This document shows, in pieces, positions 10,479 through 21,179 of a stretch of DNA of 64,000 nucleotides; position 1 is the stretch's first letter; every line of letters starts with the position of its first letter. The notes beneath the pieces are model-generated. The model saw nothing but the letters and a program-made list of their open reading frames with translations, searched no databases and was not told the DNA's origin. Source of the stretch: an uncultured virus (IMG/VR IMGVR_UViG_3300009128_000001) (lineage: Duplodnaviria > Heunggongvirae > Uroviricota > Caudoviricetes); IMG/VR virus record IMGVR_UViG_3300009128_000001, one strand, 5' to 3'. A program made the translations under genes and the position numbers.

Positions 10479-11166
10479 TATTCTTTCCTAAATTTTCTAT
10501 ATGAATGTAAAAATATTTCGCATTCGTCTTCTGAATGCCGTGATTGTAATTTGTGAGTAAATATAGCAATTAGCAATAATGAATTAATTTCTTCTAATCT
10601 ATAGAAAACAAAAGCCCTATCGCCATTCATCCATGACGCTATTAAATAATCTATCTCGTTTTCATTTATTATTTTAGTCATCTCGGGATCGCAATGCCCA
10701 AACTAAACTTCCTTTTTTGCCTTCAGGATAGAGATACGTTCCACTTCTTTCCATCTTAGGATTTTCATCTTTGAACCAATCGTAGATCTTATTTGTCGCT
10801 TGGTCTTTAGATTGTGCGAAAATATGTATACTTTTTCCTGTTGGGGCGTCGGTTTTTATATCAAACTCCTCAAAAAAATACATGCCTCCAAGAATATCCA
10901 TTTTTAATCCTTTCATTTGCGTGAGTTAAATGGGAAAACAATACAATCTCGTCTGTCCGGTGGCTCACATACAACGTAATCAATAAACTCTCCATCGCCG
11001 TCAAGGAATGCCTCATATGCTTGTTGAGAGTTTTCAGTCACAATCAATTTTACTTTTGCCTCGATACATTCGCCAGCATCGTTTAGTTTGGCAATTCCTT
11101 TCTCTATCTCTTCTGCTGTTGGCCAATCATAGTCATATAAAAAATACATCATTACTATTATCTCTC

Positions 11167-11517
11167 CTACAAATAAAGCACATCATATTCGTCATCATTG
11201 ATTGTGTAATATACTTTTTTTACTTTTTTGCTTTTAAGGGCTTTTTGACAATCTTTACACGGCTTGGCCATAGCAAATGTGCCATCCCCCACTCTTACCC
11301 TAGCAACATAAACAACCGCATCATAATCGAGCTTTTTGCATAATCTATACTCAGCATGAATCTCTCTGTTGGGTTGGTGGTCAGAGCCATTGAACGCCGT
11401 TACCATTGTGCCATCATTACGTATACCAATTGCTCCTACCAGATATCTGCGACAACCTCTATTCTTAGATGCGATTCTGGCCGCAATTTCAAAATAGTTA
11501 AAAATCCTGCGTAGCAT
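11167..11517 (-). CDS. Zn-dependent cytidine/dCMP deaminase-like protein
   Basis: HAE and AKPCKDC motifs, VYYT. Confidence 0.8.
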   Translation of the reverse strand: MLRRIFNYFEIAARIASKNRGCRRYLVGAIGIRNDGTMVTAFNGSDHQPNREIHAEYRLCKKLDYDAVVYVARVRVGDGTFAMAKPCKDCQKALKSKKVKKVYYTINDDEYDVLYL

Positions 11518-12368
11518 TATTCTGTCAACTTATTTTCTATATGCTGCATAAATAACTTAGTATCACCATTGCCTTTACCAGTTACACAGCGAAACCATAG
11601 CTCGGCATCTCTTCGGCCTGACATTTGGTATATTCCCATGACAGCTTCTTTTAGATCCCGGTAGGTTATTGCGCACACCATGTTAAAATTGTTTTCAAAC
11701 TTATCATGTTTGGTTGACATTTGTCCCTCAATTTTGACCCAAGTTACCCCACGGATCTTTTGGAGGAGTACCAGGAGGCGCACCCCCACCCATCATTTTA
11801 GTATAATATTCCATAGCTATTCGGCCGGTTTCTTGAGACCTTAACAAATCATAAATCGCTATGACTGTTTTGTTATCAACCTGGCCACCATTTAAGAATA
11901 AAGAGTGGGCAATTGATTTGGCCGCCTTTAGCGTCTTATAAACATATTTTACGTCTTCTTTTAATTCTTTGGTTGGCCCTTCTTCTAAATCTGCATCATC
12001 TAAATAGTCATTCATCCAAATATCTTGTGCCATTATTTCACTTCCTGTTAGTTAAGAGTGTTACTTTTTTTGGTATAAACGCTTGATAGTGTTTCTACTT
12101 TTACCTCCAAATCATTAAGGCGTTTTTCAAAAGCCTTAACCGCAATCAGGAGATTACTTACAGATACAACTAGTCCTTCCATACCTGTAACTAAATGTTT
12201 CAGACCGCTTTCTTCTGCTTCTGCGATTTTCTTTTCTATTTTCTTTTCGTCTGACATTGCTTTACCTTATAAAAACGTTATAGATAATTCCAATTATTAA
12301 CGCACCATAAAGGCCAATAATCGCTATATCAAAAATATAATCCACCGTAGTTCTTTTAAGATCATACA

Positions 12369-12770
12369 TTACCAGCCGCTCCTACAACTCCAACAAACAA
12401 AACTACCATCATCTTGATTGGCCTCTGCGTATGGATAATGGGTGTTGCATTTATGACATCTTAATCCGCCAGAAGCCTCCGTGGTTGTAACGGTATCAGA
12501 TAGGCTTTCTTGTTTGCTTGTATCTATGTCGGCAATTTCAAAATCATAAGCAACATATATATTCTGCCCAATAAACTTTGGATCTACACCGAAGTCATAT
12601 GCATCATGCGCGCCTAGTTGAGAGCCCCCATCATATAAACATATAGTAAGATCCTGGAACTTTCCAATTACTTCCAAGCTCACTTTTGCCATGGTGTTTC
12701 CAGATTTATCGGGCATATAACTCTCTGGAATTATTACAAAATCACCTATGTTTATTCTGTCAACATCCAT
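12369..12770 (-). CDS. SH3/KOW-like protein with Zn-ribbon tag
   Basis: INIGDFVII start; C-terminal CHKC..YAEANQDDGSFVCWSCRSGW. Confidence 0.7.
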   Translation of the reverse strand: MDVDRINIGDFVIIPESYMPDKSGNTMAKVSLEVIGKFQDLTICLYDGGSQLGAHDAYDFGVDPKFIGQNIYVAYDFEIADIDTSKQESLSDTVTTTEASGGLRCHKCNTHYPYAEANQDDGSFVCWSCRSGW

Positions 12771-12776
12771 AGTAAT

Positions 12777-13190
12777 TTACTCCGGACAAAGTACTTGGTG
12801 CAATTCGTAGTCAACACTTTCCAATTTTTCAAAATATCCCTCCCACGGATTGTAGCCATGTCTACTACGATAAGTGCCCTTATTAATTTTGTCAACTATT
12901 TTTTGTGCGTCATCGAGTTCTAGAGTTACTGCGGCAATACAACCATTACCAGTTGAATATCCAAAGGTATCTCCGGTTTGATACCGAGCGATTACAACAA
13001 ACACACATAACGGCGTTCGTTCACATTCTATTTCTACCTCTTCATGATATGGGGTAACATTTTTAGTAGTTACATTTGTTACCCAATATTCTATATAGGT
13101 TGGTTCATGGTCCGGCCAGGAATCTCCTTCTTGGCCTTCACATATGTCGCCGCCAGTACGAGTTTCTCTATAATTTACATAAAGCTTCAT
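12777..13190 (-). CDS. Hypothetical protein
   Basis: YQTGDTFG and WEGYFE motifs; co-oriented ORF. Confidence 0.65.
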   Translation of the reverse strand: MKLYVNYRETRTGGDICEGQEGDSWPDHEPTYIEYWVTNVTTKNVTPYHEEVEIECERTPLCVFVVIARYQTGDTFGYSTGNGCIAAVTLELDDAQKIVDKINKGTYRSRHGYNPWEGYFEKLESVDYELHQVLCPE

Positions 13191-13538
13191 CGCCTGAACA
13201 TCCTTTTTACATGTCTACGTCCTCGTTTTGATTTGGACCTTTTTAGACCGTTACGCAGTTTTGCCTTGCGCTGATTCCGTTTCTTGCGCTTTTTATCTTT
13301 TAGATCTTCTTGTTCCTTCTTTAGCTCCTCGATCATTTGGTCTACTGTCATCTCCGGTGCCGGTAGAATATTCTCGCCTGGATTCATTTACTGTCTCCTT
13401 TTTAATTAGTCCTTTAATAATGCTTTTGGAAATACAAATATATAAGTGGCTTGTATCAAGTATATTCCATGCTTGGGATGATATATTATTTAATATAAAC
13501 TTCGATTTCACCAAATCTCCATATTTAGACATAATCAC

Positions 13539-13898
13539 ATGAGCTATGATTCAATATATAAAGCCTGTGAAATATTTTATAAATATGCGCATGGATTAGA
13601 GAAACCATACTATATAGATAAATCACCAATTCATGGCGAAGGGGTATTTACTCAGCAATTTATCCCACGCGGCAGTAAAATTGGAGTAGTAATAACGTTT
13701 ACTCAGGACGGATTAGATGTTACCCCGTTAGGCAGTAAAATAAATCATCAGACAAATTGCAATTGTACATTACAAAAAGATAAGATTTATTATGCTGTAG
13801 CGCTAGAAGATCTTCTGCCGAATACAGAAATTACAATTGATTATAAAGATACTCCCTGGTTTATCTCACATGATACCGAAGGATTTGTTGAATTATAA
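13539..13898 (+). CDS. SET-domain protein (putative lysine methyltransferase)
   Basis: SPIHGEGVF, INHQTNCN, EITIDY. Confidence 0.85.
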   Translation: MSYDSIYKACEIFYKYAHGLEKPYYIDKSPIHGEGVFTQQFIPRGSKIGVVITFTQDGLDVTPLGSKINHQTNCNCTLQKDKIYYAVALEDLLPNTEITIDYKDTPWFISHDTEGFVEL

Positions 13899-14276
13899 TT
13901 GTGCTGCTAGGCGCTCTAATTCTTTCTTGATATCTTTTAGTGACTTATTTGATTTGAGACTGCCAGGTTGTGCAGTTATCATATCAAAAATATTACCTAC
14001 CTCACCCAATATTCCGCCCAGACTATTATCGTCCAAATCGCCGGCATGTCCCATATCAAAACCAAGCCACCAAAGGCCATCAGGCTTACAACCTGGAACA
14101 TGATCTTCGGCATAAGTAAGGCCGCCATGCACATTAATATTTTTTATTTTATGCGCCCTATCATAATCTTTGCCATATAACTTATGACCCTTCGGCAGGC
14201 CTATATAACCGCATGGAATATTACTTTCAGACATTTGCGCAATACACTCGAACCCATTTGATTGAAATTTTTTCAT
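13893..14276 (-). CDS. Conserved phage hypothetical protein
   Basis: CGYIGLPKGH, VHGGLTY, WWLGFDMGHAGD. Confidence 0.75.
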   Translation of the reverse strand: MKKFQSNGFECIAQMSESNIPCGYIGLPKGHKLYGKDYDRAHKIKNINVHGGLTYAEDHVPGCKPDGLWWLGFDMGHAGDLDDNSLGGILGEVGNIFDMITAQPGSLKSNKSLKDIKKELERLAAQL

Positions 14277-14285
14277 TTTAATTTC

Positions 14286-14525
14286 CTATAAATGTATTGA
14301 CTCATCGTTTAATTGATGGGTATATGTTGGGCTTGTTGTCGTTGATTTAGGTTTTGGAGGGATTATTGGTGGCTTCTTTTTATCTACCTCAACCCCTCGC
14401 TCAGGAGTACAGCGCAACTTATAATGGGAGCCTCCGCAAGTAATTCCAAATAGGGCTGCCCACACAATAACAATACCAATAATAATTGATACTATCCCAC
14501 ATGATTTTCCAGATGATGCCGCCAT
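14286..14525 (-). CDS. Small membrane protein, paralog of 397..561
   Basis: TM helix then GITCGGSHYKLRCTPERGVE. Confidence 0.65.
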   Translation of the reverse strand: MAASSGKSCGIVSIIIGIVIVWAALFGITCGGSHYKLRCTPERGVEVDKKKPPIIPPKPKSTTTSPTYTHQLNDESIHL

Positions 14526-15284
14526 GTTTCCTCTATATAATATTTTGTGCGTCTATCTTTTCTACAGAAACTCTAGTTTCAAATTGAGAATAAAACTCTA
14601 AATCATCTTTGTGAAAAAGGTGAAATCCCGTATGCTCTGTAAACGCAACAAGCCAATGATTTACAGACACCAAAAAGGCATAAGTAAAAAACATTGTAGA
14701 GCCATCTTGATGGACTATATGAACATACCTATTAAAACGTTTATCATCAGCTCGTAATTGGCGGTCATATTCTGCAGCCCAAGTTTGTACTGTTTTTTTA
14801 GGTGCCATTATCCAAGTGCCTCCGAAATAGCAGAATCTAATTGCATATAGATTTCGCTGTTCTCTTCATATGAATCGCCAAGATCAGCCGAGCAATCTAG
14901 AATTACCTCATACTCGGGATCCCAATAAGCATCCCCGGCCCAAGCATTATTCTTAAAAATGTTTACATGATTATTTCTAAAGATGATAGTATAATCCTCT
15001 CCAAAAATCTCAGCATAAATTGTTTTTTCCATTTTATTTTCTCACTAAAAATTAGGGTAGGTCACTTTTCACAGCCACAATAGACCGCCAGAACAAACCT
15101 AATCTTAACGTTTGGAGATACTACTCATGAACCAATACATGAATGTAATATTAAGATTTAATTTATTAGGATTGTGGTTCCCCTATGTGAATCTTAACAG
15201 AAAGGTCATCAACAATGCTAAACACTCAACGAACTAACGAGTACCAATATCAATATAATCCACGCAGAACCGCTTGTCAAGCTC

Positions 15285-15719
15285 TTATAGAAACTTGAAC
15301 GGAGAATCTTCTGGCGGATCATGTTCTGGAGCTTTAAAAAAGTCCATCGGATCCTTCTCCTTGGATTTGGCGCTGGGCTGCTTAGTGGTTTTAGTTCGAG
15401 CGGACTTTTCATATAACCGCTGAATCGAATCATACAGCTTATTCATTTTTGGAATGACAATATCACTTACGTTGCGCCCATAGTCACATTCCAGATTCTG
15501 TGCATAAAACAACGTTCCGTCACAAGGCAAGCCTGGTGTTCTTGGTAATTTTCCAAAATCTGTTTTAGGCATAATAATATAGTCGTGGTAATTTTGTACA
15601 GGAGATTCTACGGCAATGCAAGTGTATCTAATCACCACACCAACGCTTTCGGTCCACCACTGATAAGCTACTAGGCGCAATTTATCTCTGCTGCTCTGGC
15701 ATAACAAGCTAGTTGGCAT
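15285..15719 (-). CDS. Hypothetical protein with MDFF..FKFL C-terminal tag
   Basis: C-terminus resembles that of 45896..46282. Confidence 0.6.
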   Translation of the reverse strand: MPTSLLCQSSRDKLRLVAYQWWTESVGVVIRYTCIAVESPVQNYHDYIIMPKTDFGKLPRTPGLPCDGTLFYAQNLECDYGRNVSDIVIPKMNKLYDSIQRLYEKSARTKTTKQPSAKSKEKDPMDFFKAPEHDPPEDSPFKFL

Positions 15720-16017
15720 CTTTGTTTCCTATGTGTTTAATTTTAACTGGGTTGTCGTCATCATATTCGTAATCTATTTCTTTAAGAAAATCTAAATAAT
15801 CTTGAGACGGCGAGCCATCCAAAATATAAATAGAGCCAGAATATGTAGTTAACGCGCGTCCATCAGCTTTTACAACGGGAGATGTTTTTATCAACTTGCC
15901 ATCAGGAAATGCAGGATGATCATAAATTATACCAACCGCATGTAAATCGCATAATTCCGGCGGCGTAAATCCTATAGCATCTCCGTAAACAACTCCCCAT
16001 TCTTTTAATCTATACAT
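15709..16017 (-). CDS. Conserved phage hypothetical protein
   Basis: GIIYDHPAFPDGKLIKTS..TYSGSIYIL; start moved to MYRLK. Confidence 0.65.
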   Translation of the reverse strand: MYRLKEWGVVYGDAIGFTPPELCDLHAVGIIYDHPAFPDGKLIKTSPVVKADGRALTTYSGSIYILDGSPSQDYLDFLKEIDYEYDDDNPVKIKHIGNKDAN

Positions 16018-16158
16018 TTTAACACCTTCTTTTTTTTCGGTCATTAACTGTATTAGATATAAATGATATAATAACAACAATTCCGGCAATAATCCAAAAG
16101 CCGGGATCTGTCATTATTGAGTCAAGCTCTTCTGGTTGTATTGGTCCTGGAGGCATCA

Positions 16159-16491
16159 TTACCTCTTTGAGCCTCGACTCCTCATTAGTCTAATCATAGT
16201 AAGGTTCAGTGCGTTTTTGAATCTTTTTGGAACATCTGTACTCTCAATATATGAGCAGATATCACACAAAATATCATTGGGATGTCGCTCTTCATGCTCA
16301 CTAACGAAGATGTCCCCATGCTTTTCTAAACGACCACTGGCAATATTGCGGGCCAGCTTACGACTGAACTTGTCTCGCGGATGAAAAATAGAAAATCCAA
16401 AAACTGTCTCAACATTCTTTTCTCCCATTTGATAAGCCAAACAACCAACGGGAAACTTCTCTTCATCTCGAATATAAATAAACTTACACAT
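16159..16491 (-). CDS. Hypothetical protein
   Basis: HPRDKFSRKLARNIA.GR motif. Confidence 0.65.
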   Translation of the reverse strand: MCKFIYIRDEEKFPVGCLAYQMGEKNVETVFGFSIFHPRDKFSRKLARNIASGRLEKHGDIFVSEHEERHPNDILCDICSYIESTDVPKRFKNALNLTMIRLMRSRGSKR

Positions 16492-16960
16492 CTTTATTCT
16501 CCAATATTTTTAATGCCATATCAACATGGCCGGGCCTCAAACCATTACACTCCCAAGAAGTATGAACCAATTTATGTTTTAAATTAGTAATATCTTCCGC
16601 ATCATCGTCTAATATTACAAACGATACATCTTCTCCAAAATTATCTACAAAAGTCTGTATCTCTTCTCCGCGAGTAAACCCACGCATAACAGGGGTTTCA
16701 CCTATTACTTCTCCAACAAATCCTTTTGTTTCTAAAATTTCAGCCATCTCTTCGGGGCTATGTCCTAACCTCCAGGAAGAAGATATGACAACTTTCGCGC
16801 TCGATTTTTGTATTAATTCATTAAGAATTTTTACTGCGTCCGGATCGATCTGTGTAGACCAAAACTCTTGCTCAGGGAAAGTATTGTCGGAAAAGTCAAT
16901 ACTTTCCATAAATTCCTGACCATTTAATACGCCATCTATATCTAGGAATATAATTTTCAC
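16484..16960 (-). CDS. HAD-superfamily phosphatase (Swiss Army Knife RNA-repair type)
   Basis: IFLDIDGVLN, VISSSWR, RGEEI, VILDD. Confidence 0.85.
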   Translation of the reverse strand: MKIIFLDIDGVLNGQEFMESIDFSDNTFPEQEFWSTQIDPDAVKILNELIQKSSAKVVISSSWRLGHSPEEMAEILETKGFVGEVIGETPVMRGFTRGEEIQTFVDNFGEDVSFVILDDDAEDITNLKHKLVHTSWECNGLRPGHVDMALKILENKDV

Positions 16961-17217
16961 AGTTATTACCTGTATTTATTCTTCGGTATGACCAACTGCA
17001 ATTCATATACATAATCGTATTTGTCGATACAATAAATATAATACAGATTTCGATTATACTTATCTCTATAAGACGAATAGAAAAAGTTTGGTCTACACAT
17101 TTTTCTAGCCGCATTTCTTACATTCATCGACCTCTTCCAACAAGGATTAACAAAACAAATTAGAACAAACGCACCTAGGAGAATATGTTGAAGAATTACA
17201 TAATACTTCTTCATTTT

Positions 17218-18387
17218 CTAATCCAAATCAAAAATGGTGCAATATCGACAGCCATCTTTCATAGAACCTATTGATTCTTCTCTAAATTTCATTACGGCAT
17301 CAGAATACCAAACATCCGATACAAAATCATCCGCTTCCAATACGCTTACCTTATTCTGCCCGCACTCTTCTTCGGCAAAACTACAATGCCAATACTCACC
17401 CAGCGTATTGATATATGAGCTAAACAAAGATGATTCACAGCTCTCAGAATGTTGAATTAATCGTTTCTTATGCGCCTCCGGCAAATCCATATCCTTAACA
17501 GCCGCCTCAAACTTACCGGCAGAACATGAATCAAAACCCACCGCCAAATGATTAGCAAAGCAGAAATCAATCAGCTTACGATATTCTTTTGTAGAAATTG
17601 GCTCGTATCCATTTGCGGCGCGACCTTTGGGCTTGACACCCAAAAACACAATTGCATTCATGTCTTTTAGCCTATCATCATTCAAACGGTCTGTCAACAC
17701 CTCATACACAAATGGCAGCGTCTGTTTGCTAACCATTAAATGAATGTTGGTTTGTGTTACGCCTAAGTCAGTGAATCTCTTTACGGTATTGTAACAGGTA
17801 TCCTTGTCCTTTTGATAAGCACTAACCGCCAGAGCCCCAACAATACCAGCGCATTTTTCAGCTAACTCATCTGTCAAATCAATGCCGGACAAGGTAAAGT
17901 TAGGAACAATACCAATCTCACGACAATATTCCATCATAGGAATAAAATCTGGATTGGTTTGGATTCCAGTAATACCGAATGCCACCTGAGTCAATGTTTT
18001 CGGATACTTGTTGATAATGCCCTTAAAAGTATCCAGGCTCATATTGGTGGCTGGTTGGTTGGTATTAGATTTGTAGCAGAATGAACAAGCATTAGGACAT
18101 CCGTTGATACTAATTTCTATATCAGCAATTTCGGGACCTACAGGAGAGAATTCAGGATCCTCTTCATAGGTTTTTCCCCAACGAGTAAAATTACCATTAG
18201 TCTTGTCAAAAATATACTTATAACTTTCTGACGCGCAAATTTTAACCTTATCAGAATCCATTACCACATAAGGCTGGCCACTTACATCATAACGGAAATG
18301 CTCATTACTATCTGATAGGGATTCCAGTTGTGTTTGAGATAGTAATGGTAGAATTTGTTTGATATGCTTTTCGTAATTCATGACCAC
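17218..18387 (-). CDS. Radical SAM enzyme with C-terminal SPASM/twitch-like Cys cluster
   Basis: CPNACSFC (CxxxCxxC); CESSLFS.YI..G.YWHCSF and CRYC near C-terminus. Confidence 0.9.
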   Translation of the reverse strand: MVMNYEKHIKQILPLLSQTQLESLSDSNEHFRYDVSGQPYVVMDSDKVKICASESYKYIFDKTNGNFTRWGKTYEEDPEFSPVGPEIADIEISINGCPNACSFCYKSNTNQPATNMSLDTFKGIINKYPKTLTQVAFGITGIQTNPDFIPMMEYCREIGIVPNFTLSGIDLTDELAEKCAGIVGALAVSAYQKDKDTCYNTVKRFTDLGVTQTNIHLMVSKQTLPFVYEVLTDRLNDDRLKDMNAIVFLGVKPKGRAANGYEPISTKEYRKLIDFCFANHLAVGFDSCSAGKFEAAVKDMDLPEAHKKRLIQHSESCESSLFSSYINTLGEYWHCSFAEEECGQNKVSVLEADDFVSDVWYSDAVMKFREESIGSMKDGCRYCTIFDLD

Positions 18388-18833
18388 GCCTCTTCAATCG
18401 TCATACATTCTGGCTCATCAATAAAAACATTCGCAAGCGAACTTTTAATTCTTGCCATAAATTGTCGTCCGGTTTCATCCAGACCAATATTTCTCCACAT
18501 CTCGCCTATATATACTTTGTTTTCCGTACAATTTTTTACCGCACCCAAATCTGTTAGCACCCCTAAAACACCATAATGATCGAACATAGCGTGTCGCAGT
18601 TCTCTTTGTTCTGATTCACTTAACGAATCAAGTTCTCGCATAAACTTACCATACTTGGCTGTGCCGGGTAACATTTCGAAATTATGTACGGCCTTTTCGA
18701 AAACATCTGGAATGATCTCTCTTATCTTTTTCACTCCGTCAAGACTTATTTCATCTGGCGAGTTAATTACGCCGCCGTATATACAGAAGCTAGTTGTAGA
18801 ACTATTACTTACAAACCCTATGCGTGTCTTCAT
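18378..18833 (-). CDS. FVSNSS-motif protein 1
   Basis: MKTRIGFVSNSSTTSF; IGLDETGRQF. Confidence 0.85.
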   Translation of the reverse strand: MKTRIGFVSNSSTTSFCIYGGVINSPDEISLDGVKKIREIIPDVFEKAVHNFEMLPGTAKYGKFMRELDSLSESEQRELRHAMFDHYGVLGVLTDLGAVKNCTENKVYIGEMWRNIGLDETGRQFMARIKSSLANVFIDEPECMTIEEAWS

Positions 18834-18842
18834 TGCTAATCT

Positions 18843-19184
18843 CTATGTGGTATATTCGCTTTCAATGGTTCGGCACTCTGTTGTCTCTCCCATTACTTCG
18901 GCAATTTTTTTATTTACTTTGGCCATAAATTGATTGCCGGTTTCTTCGCCACCAATATTACACCAAGACAAACCAACGGCATAACAAGGCTGCTCATAAT
19001 CATAATAAAATTCTAGACCGGCCTTTACCGCTTTCCTTTGAATATCTTGTACTTCTTTAGATTTTCCATAATCATCGTAATCATCATCGTCTTCGTCTTC
19101 TTGATAATCTAAATATTTTTCAACACCAAAAATCGAAAAACTTGTGGAACTACTATTGCTTACAAATCCTATTCGAGTTTTCAT
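18843..19184 (-). CDS. FVSNSS-motif protein 2
   Basis: MKTRIGFVSNSSSTSF; IGGEETGNQF. Confidence 0.85.
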   Translation of the reverse strand: MKTRIGFVSNSSSTSFSIFGVEKYLDYQEDEDDDDYDDYGKSKEVQDIQRKAVKAGLEFYYDYEQPCYAVGLSWCNIGGEETGNQFMAKVNKKIAEVMGETTECRTIESEYTT

Positions 19185-19645
19185 TAGCTTGCGTACTCCC
19201 CTTCTTGGGTTCCAACTTTAACATCATCACCGAAGATGGCTTTTAGCGTCTTTTCAATCCTCTCTTTAAATTGGCGCCCAGTTTCATCATCACCAATTGA
19301 GGTCCAGCAATCACCTACAAACAGGTAACCACAGTCATAATCATAACGGGAATACATCTGAAGCATATCGCCAAGATCATAGCTAAACTCCTCCTCAAGA
19401 TCTTCGTTTAATTGTTCTTTTTGTTCCGAGGTTAGAGTGTCAAGATTTTTTAGCAGCTCATATCTTTCTTTTCGATAGTTGCTTTTGGCCAGACCCTCAA
19501 CATACTCGTCGAACTCTTTTGGACAAGCTCGCTTAATCTTATAGATATACTTTAGCGGCTTGCTTAGATCTATACTTAATGCCGCCCCATAAATACAGAA
19601 GCTGCTGGTACTACTATTGCTTACAAATCCTTGTCGCTCTTTCAT
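19184..19645 (-). CDS. FVSNSS-motif protein 3
   Basis: MKERQGFVSNSSTSSF; IGDDETGRQF. Confidence 0.85.
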   Translation of the reverse strand: MKERQGFVSNSSTSSFCIYGAALSIDLSKPLKYIYKIKRACPKEFDEYVEGLAKSNYRKERYELLKNLDTLTSEQKEQLNEDLEEEFSYDLGDMLQMYSRYDYDCGYLFVGDCWTSIGDDETGRQFKERIEKTLKAIFGDDVKVGTQEGEYAS

Positions 19646-19646
19646 T

Positions 19647-19961
19647 TTAATACTCGTATGTTTCAGTTATTGTTTCGCACTTCTTTTCGTTGCCAAGAAT
19701 TTTCGCTATTGTTGATTGAACTCTATTGCGGAATTCTTTACCAGTTTCATCGTCTCCAATTTCATCCCAGGAAAGGCCGATAACTGCCCATCCATCATAT
19801 CTATCCTGAATGAAATCTAAGTTACTATCATATGCTGCTCTAGAAATAATATTTAGATCATAATTTGTATCAAAGTCATCTGACGAGCTGCGGACATAAC
19901 ATCCATATACAGAAAAACTGGATGATGAACTGTTGCTTACAAATCCTAATCTACTTTTCAT
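19647..19961 (-). CDS. FVSNSS-motif protein 4
   Basis: MKSRLGFVSNSSSSSF (start corrected from track); IGDDETGKEF. Confidence 0.85.
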   Translation of the reverse strand: MKSRLGFVSNSSSSSFSVYGCYVRSSSDDFDTNYDLNIISRAAYDSNLDFIQDRYDGWAVIGLSWDEIGDDETGKEFRNRVQSTIAKILGNEKKCETITETYEY

Positions 19962-19965
19962 TTCT

Positions 19966-20412
19966 TTATTTCTCCGCAGTAGGCTTGGGTTGTTTCCAAG
20001 GACGATTTCGAGCCTCCAAGATGGGCAGGTTCGTCTCTGTTGGTATATAGATAACCTCACTTGTGCCATCTTGCAACCCCTGAATCCACAAATATCGCAA
20101 GTATGACTCGTTGCCCTTTAGTGATTCTCCAATGATCTTGTTAGCTTCGGCCACACCTTTTGCTCGCTCAACCTCAGCTTCTGCTAATTGTTTTGCGCTT
20201 ACTTTCTTTGCTTCAGCTTCTAGGATGGCAATTTTGCGGGATGACTCAGCCTCTCTTAGTCTGGCCTCTCCAGCCTTTTTAGAAGAGTATACATTGTAAT
20301 TTGGACAGCCCCAGCAACCGCCTACAATAGCTCCAACCAATAGAACAAGGGCGGCAACCACAAATACCGACGCCGCGCCTGCTGTCATTAGTTGATCATT
20401 ATTTTCACTCAT
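19966..20412 (-). CDS. Membrane-anchored SPFH/band-7-related coiled-coil protein
   Basis: TM helix, EAEA-rich coiled coil, YLRYLWIQGL, VIYIPTE.NLPILEA. Confidence 0.7.
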   Translation of the reverse strand: MSENNDQLMTAGAASVFVVAALVLLVGAIVGGCWGCPNYNVYSSKKAGEARLREAESSRKIAILEAEAKKVSAKQLAEAEVERAKGVAEANKIIGESLKGNESYLRYLWIQGLQDGTSEVIYIPTETNLPILEARNRPWKQPKPTAEK

Positions 20413-20428
20413 ATTATTTTCCTTAACT

Positions 20429-20716
20429 TTACTCTGCTTCCAAATTATTTTCAGGAACCAAAACGGCTCGATGTTCTTCTCCGTTATGTGTAATTGGGCT
20501 ATCTAGCAATATAATCAATAACCGAACCTCAACGGCATACATCCCTATCCCAACTACCTCTCCGACACATCCGCCCAATAATTCATTATCGTATAGCGTA
20601 ATACGTACTCTACGGCCCATAGGGATAGGTTTCTCACTACAGTCACACTCCCAATCATAACTACCACAAAAACTGCATGTGCTACTATTACTAACAAACC
20701 ATTTACGCAGCTTCAT
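20429..20716 (-). CDS. FVSNSS-motif protein 5 (divergent, SH3-like body)
   Basis: MKLRKWFVSNSSTCSFC followed by unrelated beta-rich domain. Confidence 0.75.
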   Translation of the reverse strand: MKLRKWFVSNSSTCSFCGSYDWECDCSEKPIPMGRRVRITLYDNELLGGCVGEVVGIGMYAVEVRLLIILLDSPITHNGEEHRAVLVPENNLEAE

Positions 20717-20718
20717 TT

Positions 20719-21177
20719 TTATCCATCCCTAAATGCTTCTTCATAAGATTCGCACTTAATATTATCACCAAAGAACTTCTTCATCTCTTTTTCTACACGA
20801 GCTTTGAATTGTCTGGGAGTTTCATCCTCACCAATAGAATTCCAAGACGTTCCTACGTATGTAACATCCCAAGGAGTCCAATGAACCTCAAATGATAGAC
20901 AATCTAACATCTCAATCATTTCTGGCCCAAGATCATCAATTAACTCTTGTAGTTCAGATTTTTGCTCTTTGGTTAAGCTGTCGATATTATTAAAATATTC
21001 TACAAAATCTGAATAGTATGTGTTCGCTTGTTTAACAATTCCCTCAAATGCTTTCGGCATATTTTGTTTAATTCGAACAAACAAATCGACATTTATATCA
21101 GCATCATCCATACTAATGCCGTAGATGGAAAAGCTGGTTGTACTACTATTACTCACAAAACCATGTCTCGTTTTCAT
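20719..21177 (-). CDS. FVSNSS-motif protein 6
   Basis: MKTRHGFVSNSSTTSF; IGEDETPRQF; EEAFRDG. Confidence 0.85.
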   Translation of the reverse strand: MKTRHGFVSNSSTTSFSIYGISMDDADINVDLFVRIKQNMPKAFEGIVKQANTYYSDFVEYFNNIDSLTKEQKSELQELIDDLGPEMIEMLDCLSFEVHWTPWDVTYVGTSWNSIGEDETPRQFKARVEKEMKKFFGDNIKCESYEEAFRDG

Positions 21178-21179
21178 TT

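Noticed and set aside
13293..13538. 81-aa minus-strand ORF
   Set aside because: It overlaps 13187..13387 and the SET upstream region, so support is weak.
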